The translations under genes and the position numbers were made by a program. A model generated the notes under the pieces. It had not been told where the DNA came from and searched no databases. It saw only the letters and a program-made list of their open reading frames with translations. Shown here one piece after another: positions 25,630 through 37,192 of a stretch of DNA of 64,000 nucleotides. Source of the stretch: Parasitella parasitica NRRL 2501 (lineage: Eukaryota; Fungi; Mucoromycota); the NCBI GenBank assembly GCA_025201805.1, contig MU619314.1:90176-154175 (forward strand). Reading direction: 5' to 3'. How positions within the stretch are numbered: the first letter of the stretch is position 1; each line of letters opens with the position of its first letter.

Positions 25630-26249
25630 CTACCAATTGTTAGTATTGCTCCAATCATAACCATATTTCGCTGGAGGCGGCCTCAGCGATAACGGCAAAT
25701 CTTTTACTTTCCATCCAGAAGGTAGTTTGTACCTCTGTGTTGGTGATATAGGCTTAGGCGTGGTCGTGTTGTTCAATGTAGCCTCCTGTTTCTGCAGCTC
25801 AAACCATTGTAAAAGTTCAGGGGGGTAGATTGGCTGGCCTATACAACTGTAAACAAGATGCTATTTCGCAAGTTTTCCAAGTTACCTGAAGCTGGATCAT
25901 ATACAATATGACTATATTTACACAACAATCCATACTCACAATATCCGTGCTGCCCATAATGTCTACACGGAGGTTTATTTGCTTGTTCTTGTAGAAATAC
26001 ATCTGGATCTACAAATGAGCGTGGATATGCTGCGTTTGACGTTGTTTATCAAGTCGCAGGACTTACCTTTATACCAATTGTAATGTAATTTGCGGTTATT
26101 TATGTGCGATATGCCTTCATTATGGTTTCTTCTGTTGGTTACATTGTCTGGAAATGTGCATTGGCAAAAATCGCAAAAATCTACCCATAAAGCGCTTAGT
26201 TTTTGATTTTGATCCTAACGCTAACGCTAACTTTACAATTTCTAGGCAT
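25630..26249 (-). CDS. ZMAT5: ZMAT5 / U11/U12 snRNP 20 kDa protein (minor spliceosome), 4 exons, about 152 aa; absent from the ORF track
   Basis: Exons 26249-26237, 26180-26067, 26008-25886 and 25838-25630 splice to MPRNYFCDFCQCTFPDNVTNRRNHNEGISHINNRKLHYNWYKDPDVFLQEQANKPPCRHYGQHGYCEYGLLCKYSH...LPSGWKVKDLPLSLRPPPAKYGYDWSNTNNW. This has a matrin C2H2 finger, a CCCH finger and the LPxSLRxPP tail, matching ZMAT5 architecture. Confidence 0.9.
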
Positions 26250-26379
26250 TTTTTTTATGCAATGAATGATGTCTTTTTTTGGAGGGAAAAACAAGAAAAA
26301 TGAATGGGGTTTATGATTTTCTATTTTGAAAAAAAAATTCTTTGCTGTATTTACGCAATAATGTGGGAGAAGCATGCTT

Positions 26380-26414
26380 TTATATATGTATATATATATA
26401 TATACATATACATA
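26380..26414. repeat. (TA)n-rich microsatellite
   Basis: tatatatgtatatatatatatatacatatacata upstream of the OPI1-like gene. Confidence 0.7.
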
Positions 26415-26688
26415 TGGATCAAGATATTCTGCACAATGGTAATTTCATTGACTCAATAATTTTCGCTTATATGCTTGTATTTCTGATAGTTTTGTATACA
26501 AAGATTCCATTACATTTTTTTTCTTAGCACGTGAAAAATCAGTTTATCAAGTCAGGTTTCACATGGCAACGGGTCTCCTTACATGTTGTTTGATTCACAC
26601 CACTATTATATAATGGGTCTTCCCCAAAAACCTTCATCTTCCTCTTCTCTCTCATCTTTCTCTTTTATACATTTTATCATATATCAAA

Positions 26689-28188
26689 ATGGCCCAAAAC
26701 TCATCATCACCCATGTCAATTACACAGCTCGTTCATTCAGATATAAATGACATTGAGGATCCAGACGTAAAAATCGCAGCTGAAGTACTAGGAGATATGG
26801 CAAGGCTTTCTTGCATCAATAAAAAGGCAATTACGCTACCTCCATTATCCACGCCTTCGACTACACCCAGTTCACCATTACCTACCCCAACAACTTCGTC
26901 GTTTTCAGTTGAACAGCGTCTGTCATTTTCAAGCGAATCTACCATGGACGAAGATCAGCATCTAAGGCATCAACAACAGCAAAATTTCATACATAGAGTG
27001 TCCAACATTCCGCTTGTCAATTCAGCATTGAAAGCATATGAAAGCTCCAAAAATTCCAACAGCGTTGTCAAGTACGGTGCGGAAATGGTTGAATCGTTTG
27101 CTGCTCCTATCTATGATAAATTCGGAAAGCATGCTTTATCGGGTGTGGATGAATGGGGCTGTAAGCAATTGGATAAGGTAAATTTTAGGTCATTCATTTC
27201 ATGAAGGCATTATTCTAAACCGATATTCGCATAGCTCGAAGAAAGATATCCCAAATATGTGGTTTCAAACAATCAAGCTGATGGGGACGAAGACGACGAC
27301 GATGCTAAATCTGCTACATTTGCACTATCTCGTGCTACCTTGATGGACGATGAAGGAATCCGCAAAAGAAGAGACTCTCGTGATGAAACATCAAAAGTCC
27401 ACAAATCAAAATCTCGCAACCCTTCTCGATCTACGTCGCCTCATAGACCATCTCCAACCTCTCATGGCATCACCAAACCTCTTCCTAATCGCCAGCGCCA
27501 GCAGCCACTTGTTCGTAGTAAATGGCACCAGATAGTAATGCATGCCTCAACGGCGGCTGGCACAACAGCTGCAGTGATCAGTGAAGAAAGTATGAAGTGT
27601 TTGAAGTATTGTCTTAATTGGTTACAGGCAAGTCTTTTGAACATGATAGCCTTAAAACCCCAACCAACTAAAATTTTATATATATAGTATGCTTCACAAC
27701 ATATTGATCAGCAGATGAATTTGCTTCGAGAATTTTTAGTTTCTTTAGCATCTAAAAGCAATCAAATTACACATGATGAAAACACCACCAAAGTGTCCAA
27801 TATCAAAAAAGAAATCGTCGATACACTTCGCAAGGTTGTTCAAGTGGTTAGCAAATATGCTGGTTCTGGTCTACCTGAACAAGCAAAAGCCTCTGTGCGT
27901 GGATTTATACTAGCTCTGCCTACTCGCTGGGCCATCTTGAACTCAACAACCAACAGTCCTACTGCATCACCTTCCATGGGACCTGTAACAGCACATGAAA
28001 CATCAATGAAGCTACTGAATTTTGGGAGTGAATCCGTGGAAATGATCAACTCTGTTGCTCATGTGTTTTCTGATACAATTGAACGGGCTGAACTATGGTT
28101 GAACCGCCTGCGTGTGGTTGGCGTTGCTGGTAACAGAAGAAATCTTCAGCCATCAGAATCAGAACCTGAGCAGATGGATTTGAATTAA
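26689..28188 (+). CDS. OPI1: Opi1-family transcriptional repressor, 3 exons
   Basis: DPDVKIAAEVLGDM, FIHRVSNIPLVNSALKAYE, KYGAEMVES, GCKQLDKLE, SEESMKCLKYCLNWLQYA, EIVDTLRKVV.VVSKYAG..LPEQAK..VRGFILALP.RW. Confidence 0.85.
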
Positions 28189-28762
28189 CATTGATATCCC
28201 TTCTACACTTATACCACCACACAACACACTCTGGACAAAATTTAGCGCTGCATTTTTTCTCTTTTCTTGTATCAATCTTCTTTATCTCTCTTCATTTCTA
28301 TATATATAATAAATGTCTTATTTGTCTTTTTTTTTTTTCTTCTTCTTTTCCTTAATATTGTGATGTTATATAGTAGGTCGAAGTATAATGCTTTTGATTG
28401 CATACGGGCATTCACGGCTTTCTTTTACAGATCAAACATACATACAGACATACATGTGTTTGAGCCCTCAAAGCGTGCAAATATGATGTTGTGTAACTGA
28501 TCGGTTGAATATTCTGTAATTTGAAAAATTTTTCATGTATAACTCGATCGGCTATATACATAAACGCTTACAAAAGATATAGACGGGTTGAACACATCAC
28601 AGCTTGGAGGCTTCACAATTCTTTTGTATCTCAATTGTTAAAAAAAAAACCAGTTATCAAGTAGGTGGTATTTACAAAATTATGCAGCAATCATTTTATT
28701 AGTTTATTTTATAATGAGCTACACAGAAAGAGAGAAATTACAATGCATGTTATAACAGCATT

Positions 28763-29704
28763 TTAGTTCATGGACTGAACCAAATTGTTGATGAAAGCCT
28801 CACGGTTACCAGTGTCTCCACCTTCAACATAGTTGAGGAACTTGCGTTCTCTCCACATGTTGTTGGGGTTGGAGAGCTTGAAGGGCCAAAGGAAGTTGGA
28901 CGCTTCCTTGAAGTGGGGACCAACAGTGGCAATCTCGTGGATAAGATCTTCAACGCAGATAATGTTGTATTTACCAAGAGATTTTTCGATAACAGAGTTA
29001 TCAGAGATAGGGATACGTTGCTTGTTAACCTTAGCATATCCACGCTTGTAGATCAACTCACGGACAGTCTTCAAATTGGGGTAACCATAGGCGACGTAAG
29101 GTTGGATCAACTGAAGCATCTCAGAGGTAGCCTTGTTGAGGCGGACAAATACACCGTTGTTGATCTGCAAAAGACGGAAGAGTTGAAGGACCTTACGAGG
29201 CTTGGGAGCAATGTTGTTGATACCACGGATACGGACAACGAAGACGAGCTTCTCTTGAGCGGGAACGTAGTAGTTACCTAGAGCCTTAGCTTGACGACGA
29301 AGACGGATTTCGTTCTTGGCGGCAGATTTGTATTCAGCATCATGCTTGGCAGCACGCTTGAAAATATCGCGTCTTTTGGAAAGCTTGGCCTATAAATGAC
29401 GTTGAGTAAAAAGGCGATATGATAGAAATCAACCAAGACATCAAATAAACAGAATGCAAATCAGCCCCGAAAGATGGTTAACAGATAGGCATCATCGAGT
29501 GCAATCTAGCCAAACAAGTGGGCGGTACCCAAATCATCATACTTGCACAATTCGTTCTTTTCGATGTCTTAGCAGTAGCAAATGATAGTTACCTTACGAA
29601 GCTCGACCTTTTGAGCAGCAGTCTTAGCAGAGGTATCAGCGTCAGTTTTTCTCTTTTTCAAGAGGGTTTCAGGAACAAGAATGTCATCAGCAGTAGGGAC
29701 GTTG
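28763..29704 (-). CDS. RPL7: 60S ribosomal protein L7 (uL30); first coding exon not resolved (lies upstream of 29704)
   Basis: [78 protein letters not shown]. Intron at 29390-29592. Confidence 0.95.
29455..29547 (-). ncRNA. Intronic box C/D snoRNA, snR39B/SNORD2-like guide for LSU rRNA 2'-O-methylation
   Basis: Minus strand: terminal stem TGCAA...TTGCA; box C ATGATGA (29540-29534); D'-like CTAG; C'-like GATGATG; guide ACCATCTTTCGGG followed by one G and box D CTGA (29464-29461). The guide is antisense to the conserved LSU rRNA sequence CCCGAAAGATGGT. Confidence 0.88.
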
Positions 29705-31024
29705 CTATATAATTTGGAAAAAAAAAAAGGTAAAACAAGGTTAATGGTAAATATTCCAATAACAAAGTCATTATAATTGTTTTAACCCAAGCAAAAGCGA
29801 TAATGTGGATGACAATTCATGAATTTAATAACATACAAGCATGGGTAATGCGAGTAAGTTACAAAGCCTTTTACATCTTAACGACACAAAAGTGGGTAAT
29901 GTAAAGAGAAAATTATTACATCAAGATAGTTGCATGTCACCTAGAAAGAACCCGGAGTGGGTCCCTAGATGTAAACCATGAACATGATAGATTTAAGGAT
30001 TTAAAAGTTTTTAGTGAAAAAAACGACTGAATCCCAACTCCTTCAAAACTCCAGGATGGTGTCAATATCCAGTATACAGAGATGAAGATGAAAATAGTTT
30101 CAAATAGACAAAATGCATTTGAAATACAATTTTGCATATTTTAGAGCGCTCCTGAATGGATTTTCTTTCTTGAAAGAAAAAACTTACTAGGCAACCATGT
30201 TTACGTGTAAAAGAGAAAAGAAGGAATTTAAGAAAATAAAGGAGATGCCTCACTATATAATTGAAAAATTTTTTTTTGAAAAATTTCTTTCAGACTGTCG
30301 TTTTTGCCTGGGACCTTTCAGAAGCAGAGTTGAGTTGTATCCGGATAAGGCAAAATGGATGGAAAGCACATACACGGATAATTTGGGTACGTGTCGGTAC
30401 TCTATCAAGTACTGCTGGGAGAACGTATACACTTGCACTACGGCAAATAAATGCTTATCCATCCTGCAATATTAGAATAGCAATTAATAGTGTACTTTTG
30501 GTCAAAAGACTTGTTGAGTTTTGACACTTGTTAATAATGCAGATACTGTATCTGGGTACCGCACAACCGTATGCGTTGTCAAATTAGGCTCACCAAATAT
30601 TTAGACAAGCATACAGGCTTTTGTATCATATTTGCAAGCTGTTAAAAATCAAGATGAAATGATCTACCACGAAGAACTGTTTTAAACAGGGTGCTATGTA
30701 CAATTTTGAATGAAATTTCACAAGCAAAGACAACTCGAGGATTTGTTAGTTGTAACAAGTGGCGTTTCAACTTTAAGTAGACTTAATATATTGAAGAGAC
30801 TACAAACACGTCAGGAACTTGGATCGTCCTTTGAGTCAAATGATATAAGCCAAAAAAACCACTATTTGGCATATTATTGAGTGCGATTAAAGCATCTGTA
30901 GATCGATATCCTTAAAATACGCCTAAATAATATCACTTTTATTATATTGTGTGGAAATGAAGAGCAGCTAACCTCCACATATTTGACCTCTTGATTCATC
31001 ATAAATCAACTTTAGAAATATCTT

Positions 31025-31928
31025 TTATATCGTGGTTTTGGGTATTTTGATGAGATTAGCTTCAATTGCTAACTTGATATTATCCTCTATACATGTATGT
31101 ATAAAAAAATCGCAATTAGATCTTTGTCAGAATGACACAAATTGATTTAATTTTTACCATAGTCATTGAGTCTATCTTTTGGCAAGCATTTTAAATTTTG
31201 TAGGAACAGTCGTTCCCCTCGTATCATCTCAAGTTGTAATTTGTAATCATTGTGCTTGTCAATTTTCTTTTGAGTTGCTCTCACTTTATTTTTGATCATC
31301 ATGGAGGTTCGTACAGGCTGTATCCATCCTCGCACCCTCTTGAATTCAAATCCTAAGGCACATTGAACTGTAATGGCTGCCTGATAGGGTTTTCGTTCGA
31401 CTAGTTTATTTTTTTTCTTTTTAGGTGTTTCTGGTAAAGGCTAATGGCTTTGGTGAATATCAGTCGTATTTTTTATTCAAATTTACTACCTTTGGAGTTT
31501 TCTATTTTACAAGTCTCAATTAAATGATACAAGAATCAAAAATTTCAGTAGCTTTACCGCATATTTTTGGACATATTCTTTCACTTTTGACACGATTTGT
31601 TGATCACCATTATTTCCTTTATCGAGATAATTCAAAACCTGAATAATAAAGTATTTTAGATGGCCAATAAAGCACATTTGCAAAAACTATATATACTTTA
31701 TCTGCTTCGGTCAAAAGCGTCAATGTCCTTTTTCTTGATGTTGTGTATTTATTTGCTTTGAACTGTTGACGGATTGCATTTCCCAAATTATCATACTGCG
31801 TACTTGATTTCAGTAGTGCTTTATACAATTCAAGAGTCTAATTAAGATAATTTTGTGAGCTGGGTAAGCGTTCTTTTGGCTGTTTTGTTTACTTTGAGGC
31901 GTGTTTCTTGTAAGAGGTGTTGGTACAT
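31025..31928 (-). CDS. LYR-motif (Complex1_LYR-like) protein with a basic C-terminal extension, about 5 exons
   Basis: MYQHLLQETRLK|TLELYKALLKSS...AIRQQFKANK...LLTEADK|VLNYL, i.e. an LYK + F LYRM pattern. Downstream exons join through GT-AG introns and end ...PKTTI*. Confidence 0.6.
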
Positions 31929-32622
31929 TGAATATTTAGAGAGAAAAAACAAAAGCAGGGAGAGAGTTCGACATTGCCCACCGTGACCCCGAGGCTATGG
32001 CTAATTGTCCACCCAGAAATTTCCGTTTAAGGTAGAAATGCGAAAAATACTGTTTCTTATGATACCTTCAAGATAAGGATGGATCTGTGAATGACAGCTT
32101 GTCATGTTGCTTTACGAGAGAATAATATACACTGTATTCAAGTAAATGTATGGCAAAAATCAATTTTTGCAAACCAAATACTTGAATTTGACCATTTTTT
32201 TTTTGTATCTTTCATTAGCTTCTGAGAAAAAAAACCCACGGCATTTTGATAAAGATATATATTAATCGAAAACACTCTATTTTACTTTAAAAATAAAATA
32301 TCACTGCCATTTCAGGTATTATTTATGCTAATAATGAACTTTTAGTCAAAAATATATCCCTCTTTTGACACAAATACTAGAGGTGTTTGACTAAGCTTTT
32401 TTTTTTTCATGTATATCACTAAATGTAAAATTTAATACTGAAAGCAGTTATTAGCATTGTGTCCTATTCCGTAAATGTCACACTGTACTCTAAACGTGCG
32501 GACAGCTAAGGTTCCTTGGCAGCATCTGGGGACAAAGATGAAAATGTGCGAACAGTTACCCCTCTTTAAAAAATGTTTGAGACAGCATTAAACTTTTGTT
32601 TATTGTTATACACGACTTCTAT

Positions 32623-35600
32623 TTAGTATTCTCGACCATCATAGTAGACCTGGAAATCGTCGTCATCGTCATCATCGTCATCATCGAAATATTCCGCTTC
32701 TGACTCATCACTATGATCTGAATTCTTCATGGATTTGATGCGAGTGAGTACATTATCCAATGTAGACGGCTTTCGGCAAAGTTTATTGTTGTTGACGGAG
32801 CCTACGCCAATATCTGCCGTGTCATCGTGTTTGTTTTCAAAGTCTCTTCTGCCATAAAAGGAGCCACGATTCACGGAATCAGTGGGCCCTATTGATTGCC
32901 GTGCGCTTGGATGACGGGACACAGGAATCATGATAGCAGGCACATAGCTATTGTGATGTGAGTCTGGTTTAGTCAGTCTATTTGACAGTATACTAATACG
33001 CTCTTCTTCGTCACTGAATAACCCTTCGGCTTTTGTGTCTGTGTCTACTAAGGGGAATGGCAAGGGAATCTCTTTGATTGCACGATACTGGCCACAGTTG
33101 TTGAGATGCTGTCGAGTAAAAGAGTGTCAAAAGTTGTATTCTCAAACAACTTGATACATGTGTAATTATATACCTCATTCTCAAGGCGGAAAAAATTCCA
33201 TTGGACCCTTCTATATGCCTCTAACAATGCAACCAAAATGCCTAATAGCTGGCCATTCATACGCAATTTGACTATGCTCAGCGTCCAAGAGAATCGCAGC
33301 AAGACGTTTACAGGCACGGCGGTATAATATGTCTAAACAGTAAAATGAGCACAATTAGCATCATGTGGGGTCACATGAAGTTACACAATCCAAAACGTAA
33401 AAAGATCAATGTTACCCATCTATAAAACACTAGCTCATCTCTTAGTAAAAAGTGCTTGCTGTTTCGACTCATCAAGCCCCAATCCATTTTGATGTCCCAT
33501 GCGGATGTGTACAAGGAGTTGCACAAACATGTTACGATCCATATTGCTGTCATTGACGTAGATGCTATTTTCGTTAGTTTGTTAGTTTCAGATGCTTGAC
33601 ACAAACTCGCTGAGTAACTTACGGTACATGCGTCTTAGGCCTGTGACAATTGCAGCCATGATGCTACTAGAGTACTTGGCTGCATTAAACAGATGCACCT
33701 TTTCATTTGAATCTCGATATCTTCGAAAGCATTGCAATAGCCGCCACCAAGGAGGCAAGCAGGCTAGGAATGGAGCAACCCATACTTGCGACATGTTACA
33801 ATTGCCGCCCAGGTCCGTCCAATGCCATGAATATGCGCAGAAGAAGTAAGAGGATGTCCACAAGGAATAGCTCAAGCTATTGAGCTCGTCTGCAATGAAG
33901 AAGTCTCTAAACTCTACGGGGAAGCAATACGACAGCAGGATGCGTCCTATTGCTACACCAAGCCACTTTCGAGCAGAACAGTAAAGTATATCGAATGGAC
34001 AGAACATCATGGCCATCAAAATAACAAACAGTATCAACGGACACAATTCAGAGGGTATAACCGGAGAAAACAGCTGCGAGAAGTCGGTGTAAATGACAAA
34101 TGAGCTGACGAGCAGCATAATCACGGGCAATTCTGCAAATTGGTGATAATCCAGATTGTGTCTTGGGTCTAACTCAAAGATAAATTTGTAGTTGATTCGT
34201 GACCTATGCCATACAATCAGGTTGACCGAAAATCCAAGACAAAATAAAATGGGAAGCAAGAAGCATGCATATATTTGTATGTTGGTTTGTAGGTTTAGCA
34301 ATTGTCTCGACGTCTTTGGATCAATAGCAAGGTGGAATGCTTGTATCAACAGAGGTATGGCCATGCCCAAGAAAATGCCAATGCGAAGCGTAGTCGAATG
34401 ATAGTCCTGCGAAATATGCAAGCATTAGAGAAACAAGGTTTCTAACATTGAGCAGCGCATGATTACCTCATTCTTCTCAGGTGCTCTCAATTTGCGCATG
34501 CCACGTCTGCGATGACCATCAGCAAATTCATTTATATACAAATTCTATATGCAAATGTAACCTTAAATTAATCAGGTCATAATGTTTTAAAAAAACTGTC
34601 AAGGCATACCTCCGTTTCCTTTATGATATAATCAAGGTTGGTTGTGCTGGCCCACTGATGTTTTTTTATGGTTTGAGTGTACAAATCACTTGCTTTCCAG
34701 CCAGCTATTTTGTCAAATTTTTTGAGAATCTTCTGAAAGCCGGTTTCATTAAGCGTCTTGTAAGACTTTAAAAACTCTAAACTTCGATAATATTCAGTAA
34801 CTGCTTTCTTCAGTCGATTTCTTGCAACATTATAGCTAATTCTTTGATCTCCAAGATAATCAAAATTGGACGATAGCTCTGATAATGTGTAGGATTGTGT
34901 GTGTGGATCTTGATATTTAAACCAGCTGTAGAGCCGGTGATGGCCGTTCATTTCAGGGGGAGGCGGCAAATTTTCTGGTTGAGTGGCCTTTTTTAATTTT
35001 GTTTAGTCATTCTTTAATATATACATAGATCAAAAACTTTATATGAAATATAAATACCCCTAAATTCACTAGATGACGCCCATATTCGGCTATAAACTGC
35101 ATTTGAACATTCAATGCATCCAACTTTAACCTTGATTCATTTTCTTTCTCTATGTGCGTGTAGGAAAAGTGTCAAATGCTACTACTACTACTATCCCCCC
35201 CTTTTTATACACAAGTACCATTGTAAAACCTTGATATTTTATCTAATTCAATGTCAAGGGAATCAAAAAAACTTCTTTCTGATGGACTAGCATGAAACAA
35301 AACTTGGTCTAAAACGGACAGGGTTGCTGTTGTTGAGGTTGGAAATGATGCTTGCCGAGAAGATGGCCGGTCTTCATCATGTCTACTGCTAAATCTCGAG
35401 GACATTCGACTCAAAATAGATTGAGGCCGTCTATTGCTCGTCTGGTTGCTGAGCCAAAGGTAGTTGTCGTTGCTATCCTCTAATTCTTGGAAAGCATTGT
35501 CTAGTTGAATAGCTGCCCTTCTCTCTTTGTATTTGCGAAACTATCGAAAGTGTCAGTGGGGTGTCCATTGGGGAACTTGTATGCACTGCACTTACTCTTT

Positions 35601-35697
35601 CAACTTGCTTTAATTTTTTTTTCAAGCCCTTGTAGCTGATGTATGCTTTCCTCCACTCAGGCACACTTTCGCTCTCTAGATATTTGGCAAATTTCAT
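32623..35697 (-). CDS. SYG1: SPX-EXS domain phosphate exporter / Syg1-XPR1 family, multi-exon
   Basis: MKFAKYL...PEWRKAYISYKGLKK (SPX), [75 protein letters not shown]. Confidence 0.93.
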
Positions 35698-37192
35698 TTG
35701 CTAAAACGAGATTCAACACAAGATGAACACAATAGAAGATTATTTCGGTGCCTTTTTTTTAAGAAACTTTCTCGGAGAAAAGAGCACAGTCTATATATGT
35801 GTATAATACAACAGAATATTGTGTTTGAGTTTGAGAGATGGGTAGAAAAAAGAAGAAGAAGAAAAGAGGCGGATCACTATCCTCCTTATTTATATTTGAG
35901 TAGAAGGCCATATTCTATACGCTATGAGCGCACGTGTGTCTATGTGATTTTTTATTTACAATTTAAGTGTTGATTGTTATTAGTGTCAGTTTGAACTTGT
36001 TAACTCCAAAACGTTTGAGCTGTTGTACAAAGTTTGTAACACTTACAAGAATGAAATTTCGGCAGCATTTATCCAATAAGCCAAATCTGGATATGATACA
36101 ACTAAATAGTGTAGACATTCACAAGACAAACATCTATATTATATGTGATTTTCTTTTCGAATTTGGCGACAAATTACACTTTTTTCTGCTAGAAGGGATT
36201 GCAGTATGTTAACGGTTGCCAATACTGCATACGTTATATTACGTATGTTGTAAATGTACTAAATACTCGGGTGCAATTCCTTCCTCATTGGATCTACCCT
36301 GATACTTAATACTACTGATAGGTTAAATATATTGTTATCTTTTGCATCTCCTAAATGAGGCAAACAATTTTCCCCTGGAGAACAAGCCATTAAGACCCGA
36401 TCAGTTTTAGCAGATTTCAAAGCGTTTTTATATCTATTAAAATTGTTCAAATTGATTTAATTTTTTGTAGAAAGATAGCCTCAACACATGAAGGATACGT
36501 AATTACTTTTATTTCATAAAAAAAACAAGGCGCAATTCGTTACTTGTAGGCCCATTTTGAAAGAGTGTAATATTTCAAGATTTTGTGCCCTGAATATAAT
36601 ATTTTCTTGATTCTTGCTAAGTTAGCTTTTTCCAAATCTTGATATATTATAATGAATAAAGATAGAGCTCTTTTGTGTGTTCGAGATCAAAATATATCAG
36701 AGTGCTGTGAAAATCAAAATCAAATTTGCAGTGTCGTACCAATGTGATTGCACTAAATAATTGCAGCATGCAAGCAAACAAAAATAAACAGTGTTTGATC
36801 ATCGTTTCTTTTGCATACACCTACTCCAATATAATGGTAGGTTACTATATCTATACAATCATTGTAGGCGCGATGTTTGTTTTTTCTTTTGACTACGAAT
36901 AGGTGATAAGGAGAATTCTGCCATGTCATTTCGATTGGCTAAAATTACACGCATTTGAATGATTTCTCATGCAGCAGTGTCCCATTTACATTTAGGATAG
37001 GGCAGAGTATGCATTGAAATGAATTGATGTCCTGCGAACTGTGATTCGCATGGATTTCACGACCCACAAGAGATCCTTGCCTTTACAGACAAAGAAACAT
37101 ACCATAACAGCGCACGGTGACTGGCTAAATCACACATGCAAAAGCCTCACACTACTCTTTTCATACCGTTTCATACAGTTTCATCAGGACAA

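Noticed and set aside
26205-26232. GTTAGC-like tandem repeat (telomere-like) in ZMAT5 intron 1
   Set aside because: Only about three units; too short to be meaningful.
29930-31000. Short overlapping ORFs (30197-30524) suggesting a degenerate mobile element
   Set aside because: No terminal repeats, target-site duplication or recognisable transposase/RT motifs.
36200-36247. Two adjacent small inverted repeats (TGCAGTAT/ATACTGCA; CATACGT/ACGTATG) between SYG1 and DIS3L
   Set aside because: Stems of 7-8 bp are expected by chance in a 64-kb AT-rich window.
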